Assembly: GCA_030603365.1 (NCBI GenBank)
Contig: JAUVXV010000013.1
Location: 32,001 to 96,000, forward strand
Reading direction: 5' to 3'
DNA length: 64,000 nucleotides
From: Candidatus Heimdallarchaeota archaeon
GTDB lineage: Archaea > Asgardarchaeota > Heimdallarchaeia > Heimdallarchaeales > Heimdallarchaeaceae
Shown: positions 19,010 to 29,559 of the stretch, piece by piece
Position numbering within the stretch: position 1 is the stretch's first letter
Layout: every line of letters starts with the position of its first letter
Notes under the pieces: generated by a model
What the model was told of the DNA's origin: nothing
Seen by the model: the letters and a program-made list of their open reading frames with translations, nothing else
Database searches by the model: none
Program-made: the position numbers and the translations under genes

Positions 19010-22000
19010 ATGAGTGCCAATAACCTCCAACAATCAAAGAATAGAATAGCCCCACCATTTCTAAAAATCTTTTTGGTACTCATCCTTTTCCTCTCTTCCA
19101 TAGTTCTAATTCCTACATCCTTGGGGTTCAGTGATCTCAATCAAAATCCGCAAGACCCAATCAGCTATACACCTTCTCTTCATGTAAGTGAAGAATTACC
19201 TTTATTTCATGAAAAGATAAATGTGATTATTGGAAAAAATGATTCATTAATAAGCGTACTTGAGCTAAATGGTGGTGAGATTAGAACTCCATTCGATCTA
19301 TCGAGTTCTGAACTTGTTTTGGTAAATCAACTTGACTTTATCGTTAACAATCAGTCTTCCTTCTCAAAAATTTGGACAAATCCATTATGGCAATTTCCTG
19401 ATGGTTTAGTAATTAGATTAACTGCAAGAACTCAAGATTATAACCGTTTAATCTCTATTTATCGTTTTGTTGATAATATTATCCGAAATTTCTATGGTGT
19501 AACTCCTGGAGTTTTCAATTTACGTTCTTTATCTTCTACAGATACTGTTATCTCACTTGTTGCACCTATCTCCTATACACAAGCATTAGAAATTTTTCAG
19601 GAAATTTTTGTTTTTGAAGATCAAGTAAATAACGGAAACACAATCTCACTGATGGGTGATTTATTGAGTCAATCACCAGCTGTCTATGCTTTTGGATATT
19701 CAATACAAAAAAGATTGGGGAGTATAAGTCGTTTAACCAAGAGTGTTCTAATAGGTGTAGAGAATAAAATCCCACACAATGGAGACCAAAGATCATTCAA
19801 TTTAGAAGATGTTTTTGGAGCAGCATTAATTCCAAATTCCCATGCTCTTCTTACAAACTTTGCTTTTCATGTTCCTTTTCTAGTAAATATTACATATATG
19901 AACCCTCTTCCTGATAACATGGGAGGTACAGCAACTGGATCTTTTGAATGGATCTTGAAGTATCTAACTATAATCTCACATCCATCCTTCAACTTAGATG
20001 TGATTTACTATCCTTTCACCTATGATGATTTCATTTTTCCCAGAATCACTGTATCTAACTCTTATTCTGACTTCAAACTGGAAAATGATGGTGTTCTAAA
20101 TATGACGTATACAATCAACAATACTGGAACTGATACAGCTTTTAATACCTCTATAGTTCTTCCCATTCCATTTGAATTAGGGGTTTTTGTACAGGAGGGG
20201 CTTGTTATACCAGTGTTAAAAGAAACAATCCAGATTAATGAGAGCTTTACTTCCTATGTAGAACTCAAAATAAGTTATAGTGTGTATTCATTCAGTATCC
20301 CTATTATCGATATTCAAGGCTGGTATGAAAATTCTTCGACATTGATGCCAGAAAGATGGTTGGATGAGAATATTATCGAATTAAACGAATATGTTTCAAT
20401 TCATTGCTCTAATGGCATATCTTCAGATTTACTCTTCGCAATTGAAACACATATTATACCCATTTTGGAAATTGGGATAGATGAGATAATGGCTGATTTT
20501 GGTTATTATGAACCTTTAATTGTTGATTCATTGAAAACAGCTGCAACTGAATCCTATGAAATTGCTTTCGAAGCTTTTTATGAGAATAAAACAATCTTCC
20601 AATTCAGTTCTTCAGATTTCATATATAATTCCAATCCGTACGGTGGGTATTTGGAACATGTTATCCCTCAAATAGAAGTAGATGAGACTCTAGAAACTTC
20701 ATGGACAATTTTTAATATTCCAACCTCAGCTGATAGATATGGTGGTTTTTCTTGGGATTTGAAGACAGTCAGTTATGATGAGTATATAGTTTTTCAAACT
20801 TCAGAACGTGACTATAAGGATTTTATGTTAAGTGTTTTTGCTGCAATAGATTCTGCGGGAAGATTTCTAAGTGTGCATGACCCTATAACAGGTGTTTTTG
20901 TTTCCTTAGGAAGTAGATACCAATATGCAGATTCTTTAGGTAGAAAGTATTTTGGGTTAACAAATGGTCTTAATCTTCAAATAGGTGATGATGAAGCGGT
21001 TTTAGAAAGCATCCTAAATATGAATAGTACGATCTATCGCGTAGGTGATGAAGTTCCATTCAGTCTAGATATTACTAATTTGGGGACAATAGAGGCTTAT
21101 GATATTCACGTGGATATAGTTAATTTGAAGCTAAATTATTTGTGGCTTCCAACTGATGTGGTTGTTGTAAAATCATTTGACATTGATCAGATCAACGCAG
21201 GGGAACATATTAAAATAGATTTTTCAGCATATGCAAATAGCTATATAGGGTTGAATACTTATGTCGCAATTATAAGTTTCATTTCAGATAAAGATCAGGT
21301 TGCTACAGAGGTTATTGATCTTTGGACTGGTCAACCAGTACCTTGGGAATATAGTGGCGAAACCACAAATGTAATTACCTCTACTTTAACTTTCGGAGTT
21401 TTATTTCCCCCATTATTACTGGAAGATGAACTAAGACCAAGTTTTCCACTTCCTGAAATTACTACTTCTAACAATTACGAAATAGATCAAGAAAAAAGAG
21501 AACTACTATTGGAATATGAAATAACCAATACAGGTCTTTCGTCAACAGATCTCACCTTATATCAAGTGTTTCCAAAGGGTCAAGGAGATCTTGAATATCT
21601 AAATTGCTCACTAATTCAAGGTGACACAATTATCACATTAGAACCTGTTATATCTACTAAAGGAGATTATTATTTTATTAACTACGTAAATATTACTTTA
21701 GAACCAGGAGACAAAATATTGGTTGAAGCTCGTCTGAGCAATATTTCAGAAGATTTTACCATTCCGCCGATAATCATAAAATACTATTCCATTTATCAAA
21801 TTCATACAACTGATTTTGCAACCACTAACAGTCAAACTGAAGTGAATACAGCTAATCCTGCAAGTCTCTATGTGAAAGCATCCCCTTCTACTGTTATTGA
21901 AGGGGGTCAAAACCAATTCATATGGTCATCCTTCTCTCCAGTTATTCATATAAATCTTCCTTTCTCAAGTGAGTATGAACGAATAATCTTCTCATCCCTA

Positions 22001-22084
22001 CCCTGGCTATATCCTGTTATAAGCACAGCGATTTTAGGAGGCTTGATCCTCATAGCAATGATAATTTCTAGAACCCGAAAATAG
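19010..22084 (+). CDS. Large secreted, C-terminally anchored protein with Ig-like (CARDB-type) domains
   Basis: Signal peptide, recurrent I-x-N-x-G motifs (TINNTG, ITNLG, ITNTG), C-terminal TM followed by RTRK. Confidence 0.65.
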   Translation: MSANNLQQSKNRIAPPFLKIFLVLILFLSSIVLIPTSLGFSDLNQNPQDPISYTPSLHVSEELPLFHEKINVIIGKNDSLISVLELNGGEIRTPFDLSSSELVLVNQLDFIVNNQSSFSKIWTNPLWQFPDGLVIRLTARTQDYNRLISIYRFVDNIIRNFYGVTPGVFNLRSLSSTDTVISLVAPISYTQALEIFQEIFVFEDQVNNGNTISLMGDLLSQSPAVYAFGYSIQKRLGSISRLTKSVLIGVENKIPHNGDQRSFNLEDVFGAALIPNSHALLTNFAFHVPFLVNITYMNPLPDNMGGTATGSFEWILKYLTIISHPSFNLDVIYYPFTYDDFIFPRITVSNSYSDFKLENDGVLNMTYTINNTGTDTAFNTSIVLPIPFELGVFVQEGLVIPVLKETIQINESFTSYVELKISYSVYSFSIPIIDIQGWYENSSTLMPERWLDENIIELNEYVSIHCSNGISSDLLFAIETHIIPILEIGIDEIMADFGYYEPLIVDSLKTAATESYEIAFEAFYENKTIFQFSSSDFIYNSNPYGGYLEHVIPQIEVDETLETSWTIFNIPTSADRYGGFSWDLKTVSYDEYIVFQTSERDYKDFMLSVFAAIDSAGRFLSVHDPITGVFVSLGSRYQYADSLGRKYFGLTNGLNLQIGDDEAVLESILNMNSTIYRVGDEVPFSLDITNLGTIEAYDIHVDIVNLKLNYLWLPTDVVVVKSFDIDQINAGEHIKIDFSAYANSYIGLNTYVAIISFISDKDQVATEVIDLWTGQPVPWEYSGETTNVITSTLTFGVLFPPLLLEDELRPSFPLPEITTSNNYEIDQEKRELLLEYEITNTGLSSTDLTLYQVFPKGQGDLEYLNCSLIQGDTIITLEPVISTKGDYYFINYVNITLEPGDKILVEARLSNISEDFTIPPIIIKYYSIYQIHTTDFATTNSQTEVNTANPASLYVKASPSTVIEGGQNQFIWSSFSPVIHINLPFSSEYERIIFSSLPWLYPVISTAILGGLILIAMIISRTRK

Positions 22085-22123
22085 CGAGAAGTAGTTAAAA
22101 ATCAAAATAATGAGATAACAGAT

Positions 22124-22381
22124 TTATCTCATGTCAAAATCTTCTGATGTAAAGCTTTTCAGAAAAGCCATTATCTCCTCTTGCATTTCCGCGCTTTTTC
22201 TGAAACTCATTGCTTGTGTATAAAACATAGCGAACATATCTCCTAACAAACATTGAGTACATAGATCAGATGTTAATTCCTCATCGGGATATCTGCAGGG
22301 GAAATTAACTGGTTGAACTTTACCTTCAGGACTTCTTCCACTAATCCCTTGCTTCCACTTACAAACTCTTGGTGCAGACAT
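22124..22381 (-). CDS. Small four-cysteine hypothetical protein
   Basis: Occupies the intergenic space and has an AGGT SD-like sequence upstream. Cys pattern C...C...CTQC. Confidence 0.6.
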   Translation of the reverse strand: MSAPRVCKWKQGISGRSPEGKVQPVNFPCRYPDEELTSDLCTQCLLGDMFAMFYTQAMSFRKSAEMQEEIMAFLKSFTSEDFDMR

Positions 22382-22519
22382 TTAAGTTACCTTTTAACGG
22401 AAACAGATATAGTATTTTTTAAACATATCCATTAATTATTATTCTGTCAAAATAACTATAAGATTTCTTGCTCCAGCTTTATTAATAATAAACCTTATAC
22501 AGTTTCAAGAAGTGTTTCA

Positions 22520-25066
22520 ATGAAATGTCCAGACTGCAAAAAGGATTTGAATGTGGCGGGAAGTGCAAACTTTTTTACTTTTCGTTGTAATTTTTGCGGG
22601 TTAAATGAAAGGACATTTGCACCTAATGAAGAAGAAGCGTATGAAAAACTAATAGAAGCAAAAAAGACAAGAAGAGATTTGACTAAACAAACAAAACAAA
22701 AAACTGAAGATTCTCCTCTTCCATTCCCTAGAAGGACAATGGAAGAAAAGCAGCGTTTAATTGCAAAAGGGGGATATAACCCTGATAATTTACCTTCAGT
22801 ATTAAAAAGTATAATTAACAATCCTGACATTGAATTGATTTATTACAAATTTCTCAAACAAAAGTTCCCAAAGATTACAACAAAAAAGGTACAACTCCCA
22901 GAAAATTTAGATAAATTCCTTAAAGAAAGTAATTTTCTTTCTTTGTATGAGTTTCAACATAAAGCATTTGATTCAATTATGAATGGTAAGGATACTGTGA
23001 TTGTTGCTCCAACAGGTACGGGAAAAACTGAAGCTTTTCTTTTACCAATAATATCGAAAATCTGGGAAATTTCACCACATCCTTTGCTTAGAAGAGGAAT
23101 TTCTACTATTATCATTTATCCCACAAAAGCATTAGCACGAGATCAAGAAAAGAAGATAAAGAGATATGGAGGGGCACTTGGTGTCACTTGTGAAGTTTAT
23201 GATGGAGATACATCGAAAACTAAAAGAGAAAATATCATGGAAGCACCTCCTGATATTCTTATTACAAATCCTGATATGTTGCATTATCATTTAAGAAATC
23301 ATCAGTTTACAGTTCTTCTTAAAGGGTTGAAATTCGTTGTTATTGATGAAGTACATATTGCAACTGGAGCTTTTGGTTCCAATCTATATTTTATCCTAAA
23401 AAGACTTCAAAGGTTTGCAGCAAACAGAGTACAATTTGTAGGCTCTTCTGCTACAATAGGAAATGCAAGAGAGTTTACTAACCAATTGTTCGACAGAGAT
23501 ATGCACGAGGTTGTAGTTGAAGAAGCTAGAAAAGCACCAACACATCTATTGATTATAATTCCTTGGCAAGTGAGTCAATATACAGTTACGTCAGAAATTA
23601 CTAGACAACTAGTAAATGCTGGACATAAAACCTTGTGTTTTCAGAATAGTCACAAAAATGCTGAAATAATCAATTTACTATTGAAATCAGCTAGAATACG
23701 TTCATCTGTTCATCGTGCTGGATTAACAAAGGAGTATAGAGATAGAATAGAAACACAATTCAGGGAAGGAAATATAGATGCACTTGTTTCCACGCCTACC
23801 TTAGAACTAGGGATAGACATTGGAGATGTAGATGGTGTCGTGTCTTCTATAGTTGACATTACTAGATTTACTCAAAGATTAGGTAGGGCAGGAAGGAAAG
23901 GACAAGAATCTGTTGGTTCTCTAGTTTTGAGGAATGATGATCCCATAAGTACCTTCTATTGTGTCTATCCAGAATCATATTTCGATGATATCAGACGAGG
24001 TTATGTGGAATCAAGAAATGAAATTGTTTCATATTACCAAATTCTTGCAGCAATTTTAGAAAAAAACCTCGAGAAGAATGAATTTGAAAATCATAAGGAT
24101 ATTCTGAAAAAACTTGAAAATGAATCGTTAATTAGAAGAACATCTTCAGGTACATTCAGAGCTCAGTCACGAAGTGAAATTATACGAAAATTGCAATCTT
24201 ATTCTATTAGGGGCATTGGTGATAATCTAGTTCTAAAAGACGATAAAGGAAGAAAAATAGGAGAGAGATCAATGCCTATGGCTGCAAGAGAACTTCATCC
24301 TGGAGCAATTTACCTTCATGGGGGAAAGCATTACAAATCTCAAACTTTCAAATATAACCCTAAATTTGGCGGAGGAGAAATAGCACTTCAACCTATTCAA
24401 CCAGTAAATCACAAAACTACAGCTAATAGATACGCTATCCCTACAATCCTCCAGATAAATCAAACCAAAGAAGTATTAGGAACGGATGTAATCTATTGTG
24501 ACCTTCAAATTACAGAACATGTTACAGGATACAAAGTTACAGATATCTTTACCAATAAGCTACTAGAATCAAAGGATTTTGATGAACCTATAATATATAC
24601 ATTCAAAACAAAAGGCTTCATGTTCACAATGCCTAAACCTTCTAGTATGCTTAATGAGTTGCAACATCTTTCAGAAGACATTATCCTAAATGGTACTTTT
24701 CATGCTGTTGAGCATGTTGTAATAGAATCTAGTTCAATGCTCACAGGAGGTGGTAGTTCAGAACTTGGAGGTATCTCAATGGGACAATCTGGAGCAATAT
24801 TTGTGTATGATGGAGCAAAAGGAGGAAGCGGATTATCAAAATTACTCTATGATAGATTAGAAGAAGGTTTTCAAAGATCTCTAAAAATACTGAAAAATTG
24901 TAAATGTACAACATCAGATGGTTGTCCAAGGTGCACTTATTCTTATCAATGTGGTAACAACAATCAGCCATTAAATAAGTCTGGTGCAATTGAATCACTG
25001 AAACAACTAGGAAAATTGAAACTAAAAGTAGTAGAAAACTATAACGATTTTGAAGCTTATGTCTAA
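22520..25066 (+). CDS. SF2 DEAH helicase with C-terminal DUF1998 (Hrq1/MrfA/SftH-like) and N-terminal Zn ribbon
   Basis: APTGTGKT, YPTKALARDQ, TNPDMLH, DEVH, SATIGN, LELGIDIG, QRLGRAGR, HAVEH and CKC...GCPRC. N-terminal CPDC/CNFC. Confidence 0.9.
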   Translation: MKCPDCKKDLNVAGSANFFTFRCNFCGLNERTFAPNEEEAYEKLIEAKKTRRDLTKQTKQKTEDSPLPFPRRTMEEKQRLIAKGGYNPDNLPSVLKSIINNPDIELIYYKFLKQKFPKITTKKVQLPENLDKFLKESNFLSLYEFQHKAFDSIMNGKDTVIVAPTGTGKTEAFLLPIISKIWEISPHPLLRRGISTIIIYPTKALARDQEKKIKRYGGALGVTCEVYDGDTSKTKRENIMEAPPDILITNPDMLHYHLRNHQFTVLLKGLKFVVIDEVHIATGAFGSNLYFILKRLQRFAANRVQFVGSSATIGNAREFTNQLFDRDMHEVVVEEARKAPTHLLIIIPWQVSQYTVTSEITRQLVNAGHKTLCFQNSHKNAEIINLLLKSARIRSSVHRAGLTKEYRDRIETQFREGNIDALVSTPTLELGIDIGDVDGVVSSIVDITRFTQRLGRAGRKGQESVGSLVLRNDDPISTFYCVYPESYFDDIRRGYVESRNEIVSYYQILAAILEKNLEKNEFENHKDILKKLENESLIRRTSSGTFRAQSRSEIIRKLQSYSIRGIGDNLVLKDDKGRKIGERSMPMAARELHPGAIYLHGGKHYKSQTFKYNPKFGGGEIALQPIQPVNHKTTANRYAIPTILQINQTKEVLGTDVIYCDLQITEHVTGYKVTDIFTNKLLESKDFDEPIIYTFKTKGFMFTMPKPSSMLNELQHLSEDIILNGTFHAVEHVVIESSSMLTGGGSSELGGISMGQSGAIFVYDGAKGGSGLSKLLYDRLEEGFQRSLKILKNCKCTTSDGCPRCTYSYQCGNNNQPLNKSGAIESLKQLGKLKLKVVENYNDFEAYV

Positions 25067-25173
25067 GTTTTTTCACAATAATTTGTTATTTTTCTTTTAG
25101 CGTGTAATACCCGAGATATGTTTACAATCATATCTCTGTCTGATGTGCTTTTATGTTATATTTAAGCTGATTT

Positions 25174-25593
25174 GTGTTAATGATGACAGTTGATTATGAC
25201 TCAGAAGAGTTCATTGATATTGCACTTAATTGTATTTTTCCATCAAGTGAGGAGATTGAACCAGAAATCTTGAAGGAAATAACTGTTTTTCTAGAAGAGA
25301 GTGATAATCAAGTTTCACCTGAAGATGCAGAGATGGTAAGAGGAGAAATAAGGAAAGCTTTAATTCATTTTAAGAATCGACCATATCTTTATAATACACG
25401 TAAGAAGATGGAAAAACTCCTTAAAGTAAATGATAATTGGAGACGTTTTATTGTTTCACCAAATTCTTTCGTATCTGAATTTCGAGATGCAGGTCTAAAT
25501 AATGAAGAAATTGATTTATTACGAACATCATTGAAGACAGCTAGAAATTCATACTCTGTGATAAAGAATATCCCACTACCACGCACAAATTAG
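25174..25593 (+). CDS. Hypothetical protein
   Basis: 139-aa ORF filling the gap with typical composition. Confidence 0.6.
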   Translation: MLMMTVDYDSEEFIDIALNCIFPSSEEIEPEILKEITVFLEESDNQVSPEDAEMVRGEIRKALIHFKNRPYLYNTRKKMEKLLKVNDNWRRFIVSPNSFVSEFRDAGLNNEEIDLLRTSLKTARNSYSVIKNIPLPRTN

Positions 25594-25695
25594 AACTGAA
25601 CGAATTCATAATCAAGTTTTAATACTCCTATTTGAAACTTGATGTGGTTCAAAACGCAAAATTATCTCGTAAAGAATAAAGATAAAAAAGGATAG

Positions 25696-26619
25696 TTGGG
25701 GGATAAAATGCAGAAGGAAGAATTATTCGAGATTCTTGATAGTTATCTTTTTAGTAATTCTCGTCTTGATGAAAAGAAACTGAGTGAAAAAATCCAGATA
25801 AGTCAGAAGAATATAAAGGACTTTTTCTCTCAGAAATCAGAGGAAATGGGTTTTATTAGAGATGGAAGTTCTATTTTCTTTGCACATGAAATTATAAGAG
25901 AAAATATTGAAGACATAAATGAATCCTTTTGGAATTGGTATCTTCGTTGTGTCCCCAGTTATAGTGATCTTGCATGGGAAGAAGGAGCAGCAATTGCTGA
26001 TACCTCAAGAATAAAAATAATTCCCTTTAGAACATCTTCCAAGAGTTTTATCCAATCATTTACAGCTCGAATATTAATTCTAGGTGAAGAAAAAACAGGT
26101 AAACAATCATTTGTTTTTGCTCTTTCAGGAGATTCACTGAATAGACCAGCTCCGGGTGTATTTTCAGGAAAAATCTCAAGATTTTTAGATGAATTTGAGA
26201 CTGATTTTGAGAGTATAATTTTGGATATTCCGCCAGATTCTCCACTTTGGATTTATGCAAAAGCTTCATTTGGAGTTATCCTTACATATGATCTTTCGGA
26301 ACCACAGACTTTTGAAAAATTACTATATTGGCTAGATGTTTTCATGGATTCATATTCTTATGAATTATGTCCTCCCATAATGCTATTGGGAACAAAAATG
26401 GATTTACTTACTCAAGAAGAAATTACTGCATCTAGAAGAAAAGCAGAAATATTGAGAGAGCAGATAGAACAAGAATATGGAACGATAGCCTTGAATGAAC
26501 TAATCTCCTTAACAGAAGGGGGTAATGTTTTAAACTCATTTGAGAATTTTGCTAAAACAGTTCGTCAATGGTATCAAATTATTAAACAAGAATATCTTGA
26601 TGATAATCCGATGGCTTAG
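25696..26619 (+). CDS. Degenerate Ras/Rab-like GTPase with N-terminal extension
   Basis: RILILGEEKTGKQSF (G1-like), ILDIPP (G3 degenerate), GVILTYDLSEPQTFEKL, LLGTKMD (G4). Confidence 0.7.
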   Translation: MGDKMQKEELFEILDSYLFSNSRLDEKKLSEKIQISQKNIKDFFSQKSEEMGFIRDGSSIFFAHEIIRENIEDINESFWNWYLRCVPSYSDLAWEEGAAIADTSRIKIIPFRTSSKSFIQSFTARILILGEEKTGKQSFVFALSGDSLNRPAPGVFSGKISRFLDEFETDFESIILDIPPDSPLWIYAKASFGVILTYDLSEPQTFEKLLYWLDVFMDSYSYELCPPIMLLGTKMDLLTQEEITASRRKAEILREQIEQEYGTIALNELISLTEGGNVLNSFENFAKTVRQWYQIIKQEYLDDNPMA

Positions 26620-26711
26620 GAACAAAAATTTCAACATCGTTTCGAAAAAATTAAATGTCATATCTCATTTAGTGTCTTAAGATTTGAGAATAAAGGCTAG
26701 AGTGAACAAAA

Positions 26712-28820
26712 ATGGAGAAACTAATAAGCTTGCAGCTTCGTTTCCAGGATAAAGCTAAAAAAAATAAAGTCAAACTCCTTAAAATCCTGATTATTATTGC
26801 TATTGCAATCTCTCTTCTAGTAATCTCCATAATTATTAAAAATATGGTGTCAGAATGGTACTGGGATAAACATGGACAAGGATTTTATTGGTCTGATCCA
26901 GAATTGTTTGGCACCATATATGAAGGCGACACATGGTATATCGAAGCTTATGTTGATGCTTCTTGGTATTATGAACCCTATCTCAAATCTTTTCGATTTG
27001 AGAACTGGAATCCATATGCTGGGGGGCAAGGGCCGCTAAATGGTTATGCATATGGTCCTATGTTTGTCTTTGGATTATATTTTATCTCACTTGTTATTAG
27101 TATATTCTATCCTAATATGCCAATTGACGAATTGGTACCTTTATCTGTAAAATGGACTCACATAGCATTTGACTCATTATCAGTGGTTATGGTCTATCTC
27201 ATCGTTGTGATGTTAAAATCGTTCAAACAGAATGAATTCAAGAGACATAGCTATGGTATTTTAGCTGCTAGTATTTTTGCTTGTATGCCAATAAATTTGA
27301 TTTATGTAGATAGTCTTTATCTTAATACTCCTCAAATGACATTTTTCACTCTATTGAGCCTTCTTCTATTCATGAAAGATAGATATAGAGTAGGGGCGTT
27401 TATTTTATCAATAGCGTGGTTGACAAAGCAAATGCCACTGTTTCTATTGATACCATGGTTTTTCATAGTGTGGAAGAAAAAATCTCTCAAATCAGCATTC
27501 ATGGACTTTTTATTACCGTTTCTACTAACGACGGTGATAATTTCTTTACCTTGGCTTATTATGACGCCTAGAAATTATCTTCGTAGGGTTTTTGGTCCTG
27601 GAAGACCAGTGAGAGTGTTTAATGTAGAGGATGCTTTAAGTAGCACGTATAATGGTCGAACCGTTACGCTTGCACACAGTTTTCTACAACTTGGAAATGA
27701 GGGGTTGGCAGTGTTCTACCACCAAATAAATTTGTATATGATTCCCTTCGTTTTATTCTACCTCATTGCAGTGATGTTTGCTTATTTCAATGGTGAGAAA
27801 ATAGGTAATAACGAATCCTACCAAATTATATTCGTTACATGGGTCCTAATTAATACCCATCTCTTTATTTCTCGTGGTGTATACAAATATTACAACGCTT
27901 TTCTCACACCTTTCGTGGTAATCAGTTTGTTAGTGTTTTTCGATGATGTCATTCCTAAGGCAATTGGAGAAATGCCTAAACTTAAAGAGAATACATTGAA
28001 AATCTTGAAACCTAGAGATGGAGCAAAAAATGATTTAGAAGATGGAGTAAAATCCAAATCAAACGAGAAAATACCTCTACTTCAAAAAATGATTTTTCCT
28101 GTTTCTCTGACAATTACCTTTTTAGGATCTTGTGCAGCTTTCTACTATTTTAATTGGATATTAATTGTGAATTCAAGACATTTGCACCCACTTTACTTAC
28201 TTATTCTGTTTGGGATTGTTAGTGTGCTAATACACCCTTCAATTTATGCTAGTCTTTTCAAAAAAGATAATTATTGGATGATTTTCATAGATTTAAGATA
28301 TATTTTAAAAGAATTCGGGTTAATTTTGCTCTCATTTGGCAATTATATTCGTAAAATAGTTGATAAATTCGGGTTAATTTTGCTATCATTTGACAATTAT
28401 ATTCGTAAAATAGTTGATAAAGTACAAAAGAAATTTGACTATATTGAGTCTAAAATTTTTAAATATAAAGATTCTACTCCCAAATTGGATGGTCTAAATA
28501 TATTTGTTGCAAACTTGACACATTTCTGGGAGAGGTTTGGACTAATCTTACTTTCGTTTGACAATAGTATCCATAAACTAACAAATACAGTACAAGAGAA
28601 ATTTGACTATATTGAGTCCAAGTTTGAGAGTTCTGAATTCTCCTTTTTCCTGACTGATATTTTTTGTGCGTTTATTGTACTATTAGCTTACACAATATTG
28701 TTGGGAGTTTGTATTGGATTAGTCTTAATTTTATTTGATAATGCTATTCGTAAATTAGTTGATAAAGTTCAAGAGAAACTTGACTATATTGAGTCCAAGT
28801 TTGAGAGATCTAAAGACTAA
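26712..28820 (+). CDS. GT-C fold (GT87/PMT-like) membrane glycosyltransferase with repeated C-terminal extension
   Basis: YVDA...NPY...YAYGP luminal motif, LTKQMP and many TMs. C-terminal FGLILLSFDN...DYIESK repeats. Confidence 0.6.
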   Translation: MEKLISLQLRFQDKAKKNKVKLLKILIIIAIAISLLVISIIIKNMVSEWYWDKHGQGFYWSDPELFGTIYEGDTWYIEAYVDASWYYEPYLKSFRFENWNPYAGGQGPLNGYAYGPMFVFGLYFISLVISIFYPNMPIDELVPLSVKWTHIAFDSLSVVMVYLIVVMLKSFKQNEFKRHSYGILAASIFACMPINLIYVDSLYLNTPQMTFFTLLSLLLFMKDRYRVGAFILSIAWLTKQMPLFLLIPWFFIVWKKKSLKSAFMDFLLPFLLTTVIISLPWLIMTPRNYLRRVFGPGRPVRVFNVEDALSSTYNGRTVTLAHSFLQLGNEGLAVFYHQINLYMIPFVLFYLIAVMFAYFNGEKIGNNESYQIIFVTWVLINTHLFISRGVYKYYNAFLTPFVVISLLVFFDDVIPKAIGEMPKLKENTLKILKPRDGAKNDLEDGVKSKSNEKIPLLQKMIFPVSLTITFLGSCAAFYYFNWILIVNSRHLHPLYLLILFGIVSVLIHPSIYASLFKKDNYWMIFIDLRYILKEFGLILLSFGNYIRKIVDKFGLILLSFDNYIRKIVDKVQKKFDYIESKIFKYKDSTPKLDGLNIFVANLTHFWERFGLILLSFDNSIHKLTNTVQEKFDYIESKFESSEFSFFLTDIFCAFIVLLAYTILLGVCIGLVLILFDNAIRKLVDKVQEKLDYIESKFERSKD
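28312..28421 (+). repeat. 54-bp in-frame tandem duplication (2 copies), with further diverged copies to ~28810
   Basis: aattcgggttaattttgct(c/a)tcatttg(g/a)caattatattcgtaaaatagttgata at 28312 and 28366. Confidence 0.9.
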
Positions 28821-28911
28821 TGACCTTTCCATGTTTTCATCTTGCCCGTATACTTAAAAGTTAAATATTAATACAATATATGTAGATTATAACAAGTTCT
28901 CGGGATTACAG

Positions 28912-29481
28912 ATGTTCAAAAAATTACGCAATTCAAAGAAAGGTGTTTCTGAAGTATTAGCATCTGTAATAATAATTTCACTTGTTATAGCTGCTACAGC
29001 ACTTGTTAGTACAATACTAACAAATGTGGACATTGTAGATTTATTTGGTTATTTGGATACACCTAAAGATAAAGTGGTAACTATAGCTTTGGATATTTTA
29101 ACTATTAATGATACAGATTTAGATTCTTTATCAGATACGGTGATTTTGCTATTATCTTTAGATGTAGATTCTCCAAGTATTTATGTTCAAGATGTGGATG
29201 TTCAACTTCCAACGGGAGATACACTAGATGATATTACACCATGGTCAATATTAGCCACTTCACAAATATGGAATAACGAGTTTAATGGATACACTATTGT
29301 ATACGGACACTTTAATGCAACTTTTACAGTTCAAATAAATGACATGGTACAGAATGAGGCTGAATTGAGCTCTGGAACAGCTTTTCATCTCGTCTTCTAT
29401 TATATATATGTCTCAGATTTAGGTGGAAAAATAAGAACCATATCCAGTTACTACGTGAGTTCACTCTTAGTTGCTCCTTAG
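28912..29481 (+). CDS. Archaeal type IV pilin/archaellin-like protein (class III signal peptide)
   Basis: MFKKLRNSKKG|VSEVLASVIIISLVIAATALV. Confidence 0.8.
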   Translation: MFKKLRNSKKGVSEVLASVIIISLVIAATALVSTILTNVDIVDLFGYLDTPKDKVVTIALDILTINDTDLDSLSDTVILLLSLDVDSPSIYVQDVDVQLPTGDTLDDITPWSILATSQIWNNEFNGYTIVYGHFNATFTVQINDMVQNEAELSSGTAFHLVFYYIYVSDLGGKIRTISSYYVSSLLVAP

Positions 29482-29559
29482 TATATTTCTTCTCTATAAA
29501 GAGAAAACTTTCTTAAATACTAAATAACTGCTATTCTTATTGAAATCAGGGGGCAAAAA

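Noticed and set aside
28312-28812. CRISPR array
   Set aside because: The repeats are in-frame, degenerate and irregularly spaced inside a CDS, and there are no cas genes.
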